From the NCBI RefSeq assembly GCF_009914755.1, contig NC_060942.1: DNA of 64,000 bases, one strand, 5' to 3'. A program made the position numbers and the translations under genes. The stretch comes from the human T2T-CHM13v2.0 reference genome, Homo sapiens. Below the pieces are notes generated by a model. That model saw only the letters and a list, made by a program, of their open reading frames with translations, ran no database searches and was not told the DNA's origin. Positions 1 to 51,775 of this stretch are shown in pieces; the first letter of the stretch is position 1; the number at the start of each line of letters is the position of its first letter.

Positions 1-97
1 CATAACACAAATAATGTCTACTAAATACAGTAAAATTTGTATTCAAATTAATAACATTTAGAACTAGTTAATTTTCCTTCAGATCTCTTTCAGAGTT

Positions 98-245
98 GCT
101 ATTGCCTAAATGTTCATGTCCTCTCAAAGTTAATATGTTGGGTTCCTAATCCCCAAGGTGATGGTATTAGGAGGTGGGACCTTTGAGAGGTGATTAGCTC
201 ATGAAGGTGGAGCCCTCATGAATGTTATTAATGCCCATATAGAGT
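98..245 (+). mobile_element. ERVL-MaLR LTR 5' fragment (MST/MLT1A-like)
   Basis: cctaatccccaaggtgatggtattaggaggtgggacctttgagaggtgattag...ggagccctcatgaatg. Confidence 0.7.
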
Positions 246-249
246 AAGC

Positions 250-2012
<1,763 letters not shown>

Positions 2013-2019
2013 AAAATAC

Positions 2020-4590
2020 AGATTTAAATTACAATAAGATACCACTATGTGCTTATTAGAAGGGCTAAAATTAAAAAGTCTGCCATACCAAGTGCTGGTG
2101 GGAAAGCAAAATGATACCTCAAGTTTGGAAAGCAGTTTGGCAGTTTCTTAAAATGTTAAACATGCATCTACACCATGACCCAGACATTCTACTCCCAGAT
2201 ATTTACCCAAGAGAAATGAATGTCTATAAATCTGTACAAAGATGTGTACACAAATTTTTATAGCAACTCTATTTCAGATAGTCCCAAATGATAACAATGC
2301 AAATGTTCATCAACAGATGAACAAAGTTTAAACAATTGTACTATACTTATACAGTTAAATACTACTCCGCAATTTAAAAAAAGAATGAACTATTGATGCA
2401 CAAAACTCTGAGTATGAATCGCAAAATAATTGTGCTGAGTGACAAATGTCAAGCAAAAAATGAACACACTGTGTAGCCCCATATATAAAAAATAAACTAT
2501 ACCTTAATAAATATATAACATAACATATAATTTCATAAAAAGTAAATTAATCTCTAGTGATAGAAAACATATTAGTGTTGCCTGGGAATACGGTAGCTGG
2601 GTAGGGTGGGAAGGAAGAATTATAAAGTTGCATGGGGAAACTTTTAGGGAAAATGGATACGTCCCTTATCTTGGTTGTGATGAACATGGATGGAAAATTC
2701 CTAAACAAAATAGTCACAGACTGAATCCAGGAATATACCAAAAGTACTAGTGACCAAATTTGAATTTGTTACCAACAATGCAAGATTAGGTTAACATTAG
2801 AAAATCAATCCATGTAATATACACATTAATAGATTGAGAAGAAAACATATCATCTTCCCAATATATATGACATGTTTGCTAAAATCCAGCATGTTCTTAT
2901 GATTAAATATTCCTAGCAAATTATGAGCAGGAGATTTTCTTAACCTTATACACAATTTCTATAAAATCAATGAAACAAATATTATACCTGATAGTGGAAT
3001 ATTAAAAGTTTTCTCTTTGAAATAAAGAAATAACAATGATGTTCACTATCACAGCTTCATTTAACATGGCATTGATGGTTCAAAAAGTAGGAGGAAAAGG
3101 TTATAGGGACTGGAAGAAGAAGAAAACTATCATTATTGTCAGATTAAAAGATCGTGTAGTCAAAACTCCAAAAGAATCTTTGGATATATCATTCCAATTT
3201 TAAATATGTATTTAACAAAATTACTGAACACAAAAATCAAAAGGCTGAAATCAATTGTATTTCTATCTGCAAGAAAATGTAATTAAAGAAATATAACATT
3301 TATACTAGCATCAAAGGAATCTCAAGTACCAAACAATAAGTATTTTAAATGCCTCTGTGAGACCTTGACAGGGAAACATAATTAAACTGTATTAAATAAA
3401 CTTTTAAAAAGAGATATGTTCTCTGTTTATGTATTCTAATACTTGAGCCAAAATTGAAATTTGATTCTTTCCAATTTACTTAAACATATTTTGCAATCCT
3501 AATCAAAATTCTAGTTCACCTGTGAAATAGATAGCTGATTTTAAAATGTACAGGAAATACAATTGTCCAAGAATAGCCAAAACACTCGAATGGAGCAAAG
3601 TGGGAGAACTTTCTCCATCAGATATTAAGATTTACTACAAAACTATGCAATTAAAATGAAATTAGCAATGACATAAGAATAGACAAGTAAGTAAAAGGAA
3701 AAAAGAGTATGCAGTTTAAAAAGATACACACTTTTATGAACACTTATTTTTATTTAAATTTTTAATATTTTATTATCGTTATTTGTATATTATTTATTTT
3801 ATGCACAGATTTTGACTTATTATAGCTGGTATTGTAAGCAGTGCAAAAAAACACACTGTTTTCAATGAATGTGCTAGGACATTAAGGTATCCATACAAAA
3901 ACAAAGATGAAATTGACCCTGTACCATTTACAAAAATCATCTCCAGGTAATTTAGAGATGTAAACGTGTAAGGCAATATATTATAGGTACATAAAAAGCT
4001 TTCTTAAACAAGACATAAGAGCATTAACTATAAAAGAAAGAATTGATAAATGAGGACTGAAAATAAGAGTTTCCAGTCACGATAAGAACTCATTAAAAAA
4101 TTTAAAAGATGAACCACAGAATGAGTTCAAAATATTTGTAATGCATGTAACCAACAAATAATACATAGATATGCATAACTTAGAGCACTAAAAATTATTT
4201 TTAGCAAAGAGAACAATGCAGTTTAAAAAGGGGGAAATGCTTTAATATGCAAATATTAAATGTTTATATTAATATTTAATATTAATGACATTAATTTAAT
4301 ATTAATATTAACAATTAATACTAATAACAAAGAAAAATGCAAATGGCCAATAGACATATGCAAAGATGCCCAACACAGCAATAATCAGAGAAATGCAAAC
4401 AAGATATAATACTCATCCTACAAATTGGCTAAAATTTAAAAGTCTAATAATGCTTTTGATATTGATGTTGGTGAGTAAATAAAACTCTCCTTAAACTGCT
4501 GATGGGAGCTCAGTTGGTATTCTCTAGCAGGTTAAAAAATGTTAACTTATGACCCAGAAATTCCACACCTTGATACAACCTAGGGAATTC
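2020..4590 (+). mobile_element. Old, diverged L1M fragments
   Basis: Degraded L1 ORF2 / 3' end motifs (gataccactatgtgcttattagaagggctaaaattaaaaag; caagaatagccaaaacactc; aatggccaatagacatatgcaaagatgc). Confidence 0.7.
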
Positions 4591-4599
4591 ATGTACATT

Positions 4600-4890
4600 T
4601 GCTGACATAAAGGAGACATGAGGAAGGAAGCAGAGATGATGTGATTGCTGGAAGGAGGACATAAGCCAAAGAATGAAAGCAGCCTCCACAAGCAGGAAAT
4701 AGCAGGGAAATACATCTATTCCTAAGAACCCCTAGCAGGAACTAACCTTGCCCAAGATTCACTGTGGACTTCAGACCTCCAGAACAGTAAGATAATAAAT
4801 TTGTGTTGTTTTAAGTCACTAAGTTTGTGATAACTTACTTACAACAACAAATACAGAAAGTTTGTAGTTTACAACAACAAACTAATACAG
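4600..4890 (+). mobile_element. MLT1 (MLT1C/D-like) LTR 3' part
   Basis: ggacttcagacctccagaacagtaagataataaatttgtgttgttttaagtcactaagtttgtg...aaactaatacag. Confidence 0.8.
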
Positions 4891-5202
4891 AAAGCAGAAT
4901 TGTTTATAAAAACCTATCCTATGCGAAAACATAATCATTATCAATTGCAAAAAAAAATCAAAACAAATTCAAAAAATGCAAATTACGTGAATTGTGACAC
5001 GTATGACAGAGGCTGTTTTCTCTCATATACAAAAGTACATGAAAGAACCAGTATTAAAGACATCAGCAGCCCAGTGGAAAACCAGGAAAAAGGAAATAAA
5101 TATTTCAAATAAAAAGAAATATAAATGGCCAGTATCTCTCCCCGGCCCCTGGCCCACCCCATGAAGAGATGCTAATCTTATTCACACTAGAAAAATGTTT
5201 TT

Positions 5203-5566
<364 letters not shown>

Positions 5567-7354
5567 TCAATAATTCTTCAACTTCAGCCTGCCTCCCGAG
5601 AATTACCTAAAGAGTATGTTAAGAATGAATAATTCTAGATCTCATCCCCAAAGCTTCTGATTCACTAAATTTGGGGCCAGGGAACCTGCATTTTCTACAT
5701 AATGGCCTAAGAAATATATTTCAAAAAACACTGCCTACCTTTTGACCTTCCTATTGCTGGATTTCTTCCTCAGACATCCTGAGCTGACCAGATTCCATAG
5801 TCGAGGTTGCCAGATATATAACTAACAGCATCAAAGGTTAACCATGTACATGATACAACTTTGTCATAAGAGGGACACTGCCAGTGTCACTGAAGAAACC
5901 AGAGTGACATCTAAATAATTATCACACTGTAGAATGGTTGCCACTGTAGTCATCGGGAGGCAGGAGGCAAACTAAGATGATATTTCCTAGATAAGTATGT
6001 AGCAAGTATGCAATAAGTATGTAAGTAATACGCTTTATTTAACATACAGCTAGAAGCCACGCTCTTCTGTCTCCACTTATTTGGAATACATCCTATACCT
6101 GTGAATTCACAGAGATAATCAACAAGGCATCTCTGTCAGGATGTAAGCATGATTTTAGGGTGTAAACTAACATCATCTTTATGGAAATAACATAACTCTT
6201 TACGAAACTGATGTTTAATCTCTATGATTTCTAACACCCACTAAATAACCTGGTTGGCCGGCCCCTTGTTGCCATACATAAGTTGCCTTTAATGAGGGGA
6301 CAGGATGTTTATCTTCAGTGTGGTAGGTGAACAGACATGTGTTCACAGCAATGACTCTAGGTCAAAACCCTGACAAGCCTTGTTTACCTTTTGTCCCCGC
6401 CTCCCCAGGCCCAGGCAGATGAAAACCTTTTGCTTGCGTCAGCTCTGGAAACAACTTGTGCTGCATTTGACCACCATACTTTAGGACCATAATTATTTTT
6501 TAAATTTCCTTCCCCCTAACTCTTGCTTTCAAGAAATAGAATTGTCCTTGGATATTTGAATAATATCCAGTAGTAACCCTAGACTAGAATAATTTGATGG
6601 AAAAGTTTGCCCTAATGTCATTTCCACAATATCTTTGTCTGTATAAATTACATTTCTGTTTTTCAAAGAGGACTTGTATTGGCATGTATTGAATTCCTTG
6701 CCTTTTGTGGCATTGATTTGAAAAGTACAGGTGTTAAAGCTCTCACTGTGTTCTACACAGATGTGATGTGGAGAATAAAGGTGTCTTGCTACTTTATACA
6801 ATATTATAGAAGCATAAGTACAATAATTAAATATCAGTAGCATCCCTAAAAGCCAATGTATGGTTTCATCTGAGCAAATGAAATGTCACTGGTTTGACAT
6901 CAAAAATAAATACTATAAAAAACTTGCTAAAAATTCTGCTCATAGAACCAACAGTTCAGTAAACTCTAAAGTATGGGAAAGTCTTTTAAAGCTAATAGTG
7001 TTTAACCATCCACTATTTTGCCTTCACATACGTAGCTAATAATGAAAAGTGGCTTGGTATTTATATAAACTGACTATGAATGAGGAGATGGAACTCTTGC
7101 CTATCTTTGACCCTAATAAACCATACAGCCTCCCTAGACTATCACTATCACATGGGTAGGAGAGAGGCAAGATAGGAGAGATTGGATTATATGATCTCTG
7201 TGGTATCTTTAAGCATTAATGTTTTATGCTCTGTTTCTACAATGACTGATACTCTTCAAGAGAAACGGAAGTAGCTACTCTTTATCTACACAAGCTCAGA
7301 ACCATAACCAAGTTTTGTCTTTGGGAATTCCACTGTAAAATCATCCATCCCCTG

Positions 7355-7647
7355 TGGGAAACAGTAGCTCACACCTGTAATCTCAGTACTTTAGGAGACC
7401 AAGGCAGGAGGATCACTTAAGCCCACGAGTTTGAGACCAGCCTGGACAATATAGCAGGACCTTGTCTCTACAAAATATTTTTAAAATTAACCAAGTGTGG
7501 TGACATGCACCTGTAAACCCAAGTACTTGAGAGGCTGAGGTGGGAGGATCACTTGAACTCAGGAGGCAGAGGTTGCCGTGAGCTGCACTCAGACCACTAC
7601 TGCACTCCAGCCTGAGAAGCAGAGCAAGACTCTGTCTCCAAAAAAAA
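7355..7647 (+). mobile_element. AluJ
   Basis: Diverged Alu dimer with ggaggatcacttaagccc (J-type) motif and A tail. Confidence 0.9.
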
Positions 7648-8999
7648 CTTTAAAGCAAAAGATCATTCCCACAAATCTCCAAGGAGTAAACAGAAATGAA
7701 ATGATGGGGCTTCAGGTAGTTCCTCCTTAGTTACTGAAGAATCTTTTAAATATGTTCATAATTATAATCTGGATTCAAATTCTGGATACCATTGAAATCA
7801 GGAGTTTCAAATGGAGAAAGCTAGAGGTACCCACATAAATGATCTAGTACCTATTTCTATTGCTTCCTGTTTCTTTTCTTTAAAACTCATCCTATAAATA
7901 GCATTCAAGTAGATAGAAAATCTTATATTTAGAAGAAAATATAAGAAAAATCTTATATGTAGAAGAAATCATCTATAGTGTAAACAAAAGATAGAGACCT
8001 TTGTGAAATATCTCCTTCAAACACAACAATAGAGAAGAATGTTGTTTTTCCCTTGTAAAAAGCAATGTCACTTAAAGACCTGGAGTTGTTTCATTAATTC
8101 TCTTAGGCAAATTAAATTATCTAATTCAACATGACATGAAATAATGCAAAAGTAAATTACTTTATCTGGCTTCCAAAAATACTAAAACTACTTTTCTCAA
8201 GAAACTAAGCAATACTTAGAATACATTCTATTACCAGGGTCAACCTTGTTTCTGAATTACAGTGATGGGATAGTGAAGACAGGAGGCAGTCTCCCTTTGA
8301 AATTCTCCAACCAACATGTATTATCTATCAATCAGAGAACAGTTAACTGCATTTTCTTTTAAGTTTATTGATGTTGCTGCCAGCCTGCAATGTTTGCATC
8401 AGGACACTCTATACCCTGTTTCAAACCCATACTAACAAAGGAAAAGGGAGACACGAAAAAGGGAAATAATATTCAAAAATATCCAGATCCCACTCTGGGC
8501 TTTTTTTCATTAAATTCTCACGTTTCCAACTTCAGTTTCTCCTTAATAAATATTTGTGGTGGTGTAAAATGTGTTCCTCACCCACATTATGTACTTTTTA
8601 TCAGTGGTAATACTATGAGAAGTGAGAATGTTGTATTGTAGTTACTTTAAAATGATTTTGTAAATATCATATTGTAGAGGTTTGACTGAATAATCAAGAA
8701 AGAAAATGCCAAAGTATGGAAACAAACATACTGGTACTAGTTAAATCAGAGTTCCTTCATCTTAACTTTGTTATTTCAGAAAATCTTTAAAATTGAGAGT
8801 GCGGTTCAACCACAAGACATTTTAAAGAGAGAAGCAGGACTCAACTGAATTGAAATGAGCGTCATTATTCTATCTTTCTTCCTATACCATACTTGAGTCC
8901 TGATGACTTTCAACAATGGCCTCTGCTAAAAGTATCATTCCTTGAAGTGGGTTCTGCAGTGGACATGTGTGTGTATGTGTTGTCAGTATATGTAATTTT

Positions 9000-9442
9000 G
9001 CTTTTACAATGTTGGCAGTAAGAAGAAGCCTTCTAATTTTATTCAGCATGATGATAGGCCCTAGCATTTTAATTATTTTTTATGTTGTGAGTAATTTATT
9101 ATTCACTGGCTATCTTCCCTGTAAATCTTGTCCTCGCTCTGTAAGGTTTTTCTTTGGTGTCCAACAAAGGGTTTCATTGCAATAAGAATCAAGGTGTGTC
9201 TAAATTCTTACCCAGAGCCCAAACAATGCCAGTCTTCCAGACCAGCCTGGGAGTTTGGGGTGGGGAAACAGTCATTATAGAATATCTTCATCTCTCTGCC
9301 CAGAGATCACCACAGTTATCACCCATGCCCTCCTAAAAGGGTGTCTCAAAGCATATCTTTCTGTAGAGCAGAATTCGGAACTGAGAAGACGAGGGCTCAA
9401 ATTGAATCTCACAGGATTTGCGTGCAAGAGAAACCCAAAGGA
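9000..9442 (+). promoter_or_regulatory. DSG4: DSG4 proximal promoter / 5' UTR (no CpG island, no clear TATA box)
   Basis: Repeat-free sequence directly upstream of exon 1 ATG; TSS not definable from sequence alone. Confidence 0.55.
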
Positions 9443-46124
<36,682 letters not shown>

Positions 46125-47483
46125 GTGCTTTATGGTCAGTATTCTATGTGGAGACCTTGCACCTTGTAATCATCAATACATCCACCAAAAATATATAATG
46201 TACCATATATATTAATAGTCAACAAATACTCAGATATTCTAAGGTCAATGCCATTATTTGATTATACCATTTTGAGGGTGAATATGGCTAGGCACTTTAG
46301 ATAAGCCTTTTTAAAATTCTTTCTGATTTTAAATAATGCGTCAAAAAATGTGCAGAAAATGTATTGCATCCCTTGATACTGTCTAACGAATAGCACATAA
46401 CTCATATTGTGAATCCTATGGGTCTTGAGGCCTGTAGAACCAATCTTGTAAACCAAGATGCCTTGTTCTTGGAAGTTACAAAAGAAGCCCTGTCTACATC
46501 CACCAGCCATATTTTTCGTTAGGGAAATATTTATATTAAAATTTTTAATTGAAAAGTTGAATGAAATGTACATTCTGAAAGGAAATTGAAAAGGAACGTA
46601 GAGTATCTGTCAATATCTTTAGATATCTGAAGTCATTTGTCTCTTCAAAAGATTTTTCAATATTATGCGCTATTAAGCAATAGGAGATGCTTAATATAAT
46701 AAGAAAAGAGTTTGCCAACTGAAAGCATGGCTGGAAATGGTTCATCAAAGAAAAATATATATTTTTATTGAACTTTATTGATTTATATGATTAACTGTAA
46801 ATTAATCTAGAATAGCAAAAAAAAATGACAATCCTAAAGTAGAAAGAGTTATTGGGGAAATATTAGAGTTTTCCCCACTTACAGGGAATTTTTTCCCTAC
46901 TGTTGCCAATTATGTCAGAAAAATACATGAAATATGGCTTAACCAATTTCATTGACCTGAATCGTAGAGCTTTCAATTGGCAACCAGATATTCTCCAAAA
47001 GCACTCTGTAGTTATTCATATATTCTACAATATTTACTTAGAAGCAACTAGGTGTTGGGTGCTAGTCTTGGCTCTGTGAATATACAGGTAAAGAAGACAG
47101 ACATGGTTTCTGCCTTCATAGAGCTTCTATTCATTTCTAGACTTAAAATAAAACTCTGGGATATGGCTTTAAGTTCCTAACAACAATAATTAACCAACTA
47201 CTTAAGTCCATTACCAAGTTGTGTTTCTCTTTGCAACACTACTGTTTATGTTGAATAAATAAAATGGAAACACATTGCTTACTTTTCGTAGGCATAAAGC
47301 TGACTTGAGAAAAAGAATCTCTAGCCAGGTAATTTTACTTAATTCTGTAAAATATGTATACAGTAGCAGCAATAATGTGACTGAGATAATGTAAATGAAA
47401 TAAACTTATTTTCAAGGCTTAATCCTTTTGAAAGGAAATAATTGTAGTGTTTCTTGCCTATCTTTTGCTCCTTTATGAATAAA
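46125..47483 (+). terminator. DSG4: DSG4 3' UTR region with candidate poly(A) signals
   Basis: ATTAAA 46535-46540; AATAAA at 47147-47152, 47254-47259, 47258-47263, 47399-47404 and 47478-47483. Which is used cannot be told from sequence. Confidence 0.55.
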
Positions 47484-48029
47484 ACTATTGTAGAATTTAA
47501 GTCATCTCAGATAACCTCTTACCTAGTTCTCTCATTTTCTGGACAATGAATCTAGAAATAGAGAGGTTAAATGACCACAACCAGCTAGTTGTGGTACAAA
47601 GCCTTGAACCCATTGTTCAGATACGCTAGCCAGTATGCTTTTTTATACTATAACTTCACCAGATCTGAAGAGGATCCAAACCTGCCTGTTGCATACTCTT
47701 TGCTATTCCCTAATTGGAAGAAAAACTCTCTCTCAAAAAATTAAGTTTTAAAGTGTAAGCGCAGACCAGCTAAAACATTGTAATGCTAGAAAGTTACTTA
47801 CATATTTCCTAATATTTTCCAAATTATGTGTACTGCCAGCTGCTACATCCATTTCTCACTTTAGTAAATTTTACTACTCTATAATTGATGAAATCCATGG
47901 GGTAGCTAAGGAGCATTGGTCTCATGGTGATTAAACACTCAAGCAACAACCAGCCACATAGCATCTGGCACACACTCCATTCCGTGGCAAATCCTGACAT
48001 GGATATTTCTCGCTTAAAGTTTGCATTGG

Positions 48030-48760
48030 ATGGCTTTTGTTAAGTCAAAAACTAACACATTGGTGAGACTGCGGAGAAAAGCGGACACTAATACAGTGTT
48101 GGTGGGATTGCAAATTAGTCTAGCTACTGTGGAAAATAGTTTGGAGAATTCTCAAGGAACTGGGAGTTGAATAGCCATTTGACCTAGCAATCCCATTACT
48201 GGGTATAAACCCAAAGAAAAATAAACTGTTCTACCAACAGGACACGTGTACCCATGTGTTCACTGCAGTGCTATTCACAATAGCAAAAACATGGAATCAA
48301 TCCAGGTGCCCATCAACAGTGGACTGGACAAAGCAAATGTGGTACATATACACCGTGGACTACTATGCAGCCATAAAAAAGAATGAAGACTGAAGAATGA
48401 AATCACGTCCTTTGCAGCAACATGGATGCAGCTGAAGGCCATTATGCTGAGCAAATTAATGCAGGAACAGAAAACCAAATACCTTATGTTCTCACTTATA
48501 AGTGGGAGCAAAACATTGGGTTCACATGGACATAAAGATGGACATAATAGACAATGGAGGCTATTAGGGGAAGGAGAGAAGGAGAAGGGCAAGGGCTGAA
48601 AAACTGTCTATTGGGTACTACGCTCACTACCTAAGTGACGAGTTCGGTCATACCTCAAACCTCAGCATCATGTGATATAGCTTTGTAACAAACCTGCGCA
48701 TGTATTCCTTGATTCTAAAATAAAAGTTGAAAAAGAAAAATAACAAAATAAAAAATTTTA
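48030..48760 (+). mobile_element. L1PB-like 3' end
   Basis: Typical L1 3' sequence with aataaaagttgaaaaag and A-rich tail. Confidence 0.9.
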
Positions 48761-48782
48761 AAAACAGGTATTTTTATATATA

Positions 48783-48878
48783 ATGATTTCTATTCTTTTG
48801 GGTAGATGCCCAGTGGTGAGATTTCTGGGTTGAATGGTAGTTCTATTTTTAGTTCTTTGCAAAATCTCCATACTGTTT
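48783..48878 (-). mobile_element. Short antisense L1 fragment
   Basis: tgatttctattcttttgggtagatgcccagtggtgagatttctgggttgaatggtagttctatttttagttctttg. Confidence 0.8.
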
Positions 48879-49222
48879 GAATTTTTTTAACTACAAATGG
48901 ATAAGTAGGATCATACTCTTGGTATATAGAAATACATGTTGTTGTCAGAGAAATTTTTTGAGTGTATTTTAAATTACTGTTATCATTTAACATTTAAAAC
49001 ATGTTAAAAAATTATAAAAATGAACTCAGTAAGTTTTCTCGTCTAGAATATAGTGATTATTTTAAATTTGGGTCTTTTTTTAATATTTTAAACTGACCAA
49101 AAAAGTGGAAATCGACCTGCAAAAATAGAGTTTGCATTCTATTAGGCCAATCATTCTAAGAATTATAAAATAGTCAAAACACTATGAGATTTTAGAAATG
49201 AAGAATAATACCAAACATTTAA

Positions 49223-49555
<333 letters not shown>

Positions 49556-50534
49556 TAAAAGGAGGTTAAAACACCACTTGTGAAAAGGATAAGATAATGT
49601 TCCTGTGAGCTTTTTCTTCTCTTTATCAATACACAAAGACTTAAAGCTGCTTCCAAAGAAAAGACTTACCTCTAATAGATGCCCTCCTCCATACTATCTG
49701 TGGAAATAAGAGCTGAACAATGTAATTTTCTCTCAACATTGTTAGTAAGGAGGAACTCTTCCACCATTCCAAGGTGATCAGTATCATTCAGATGCAACTC
49801 AAGCTTCCAAAATTGACATACTTTTTAAATGTCATCTCAAACGAAATAGCATAAACCAATATTCTCTTTACTGCTTAAGACTCAGGGTATTAATTTGTCT
49901 AAGAAGTAAAAATGATATCGTGTTTATGTTAAGGTTTGAAAATGAACCCAAAAGCTCAAGAAATTATATTTTATAAATAAATATAACATATAGTCTGAAT
50001 CATATTTCCTGCCCTGTGAAATTACTTGAGGGGGTAGCATCATTACATGAATAAATGGGTTATCTTGGGAAAGTCTTACAGGTGAAGAGAAAGGAAAACA
50101 TTAAGAACATAGAGTTAATAAACTTGTTCAAGAAAAAAATTATTTTCTAAAAAAATTCTTCTTTTGAACTAGTTATTTCTGATCATGGTGTATTAATTAC
50201 TAAATGTAATAATTTTTTATGTATTTATTTAAAAAATATATATGATAAAACAATGTTTTATTTTCTCTTTGGTGAATGTAGTATTTCATATGTAAACAGA
50301 CAAATTCAGAAAATCTTTTCCCATTTTATTGATAATCATCTTTATTATTATGTGCACAGTACAGGGGCATGAATTCACTTGTAAATTAAAATTTAGAATA
50401 ATTCATTTGTTTTTAATGATAAAATTTATCAACAGAATTATTATTTTATTAGTAAATGCTCATATAAAATAACAAATAAATTTAATAAACTCCATAAATT
50501 ATTGTAGACACTGCAATTAAAAAATTAAGTATCA

Positions 50535-50902
50535 CCATGGAATACTATGCAGCCATAAAAAAGAATGACATCATGTCTTTTGCAGGAACATGGATGGAGA
50601 TGAAAGCTATTATCCTTAGCAAACTCATGCAGGAACAGAAAACCAAATACCACTTGTTCTCACTTATAAATGGAAGCTAAATGATGACAGCACATGGATA
50701 CATAGGGGGAACAACAGACAATGGGACCTCTTGGAGGGTGCAGAGTGGGAGAAGGGAGAGGATCAGGAAAAATAACTAATAGGTACTAGGCTTAATACTT
50801 GGGTGACAAAATAATCTGTACAACAAATCCCCATGACACAAGTTTACCCATATAACAAACATATACATGTACCCCTGAACTTAAAATAAAAGTTTAAAAG
50901 AA
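50535..50902 (+). mobile_element. L1PA (old) 3' end
   Basis: caccatggaatactatgcagccataaaaaagaatg...gtacccctgaacttaaaataaaagtttaaaag. Confidence 0.9.
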
Positions 50903-51403
50903 AATTATCTCTTCCCACTGGATTCAATCTTGGGGCATGAGATTTAAGATATGAATTTAAAATAAAGTAGTACCAAGCATTTAACTAACAAATTAAAATT
51001 TTAGAAAGGTGAAAACAGTACTTGTGAAAAGGGTAAGAAAATTTTCCTGTACAATTTTTTTTCACCAATTCTCTATTCAACAAAATTATTACTATTGTTT
51101 CTGTGCCAGAGGTACCAATTTATGTAGAATAAGGAAAGAATAATTATTTTCAATCAGGGGAATTGAGGAAGGATCCTTGAAGATGATGTAGAATTTTGTC
51201 TGACGGAAATTACAAAGATATAAAAGCTAAAACACAGGCTATACCCAAAGACTATTAAGTAGCCAAATTAAACATACTTAAAAATGTCTGAAACAAAATA
51301 AGAATTTTAAAATTATCTTATAGTCAGCCATTTTAAGATGATGGTTACTGCATTAATTACTCAAAATATACTATCCTATTGAAATATCAAAATAACACTA
51401 TGA

Positions 51404-51775
<372 letters not shown>

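Noticed and set aside
4250-4325. AT-only quasi-palindromic stretch (similar one at 54720-54820)
   Set aside because: Low-complexity AT sequence; self-complementarity expected by chance
7917-7968. Short tandem duplication aaaatcttatat(t/g)tagaagaaa
   Set aside because: Ordinary slippage duplication in AT-rich DNA with no functional hint
6240-9250. Individual LEF1/TCF, SMAD, p63 half-site and GC-box motifs upstream of exon 1
   Set aside because: Motifs of 5-8 bp occur by chance at this density; cannot be supported without conservation or ChIP data
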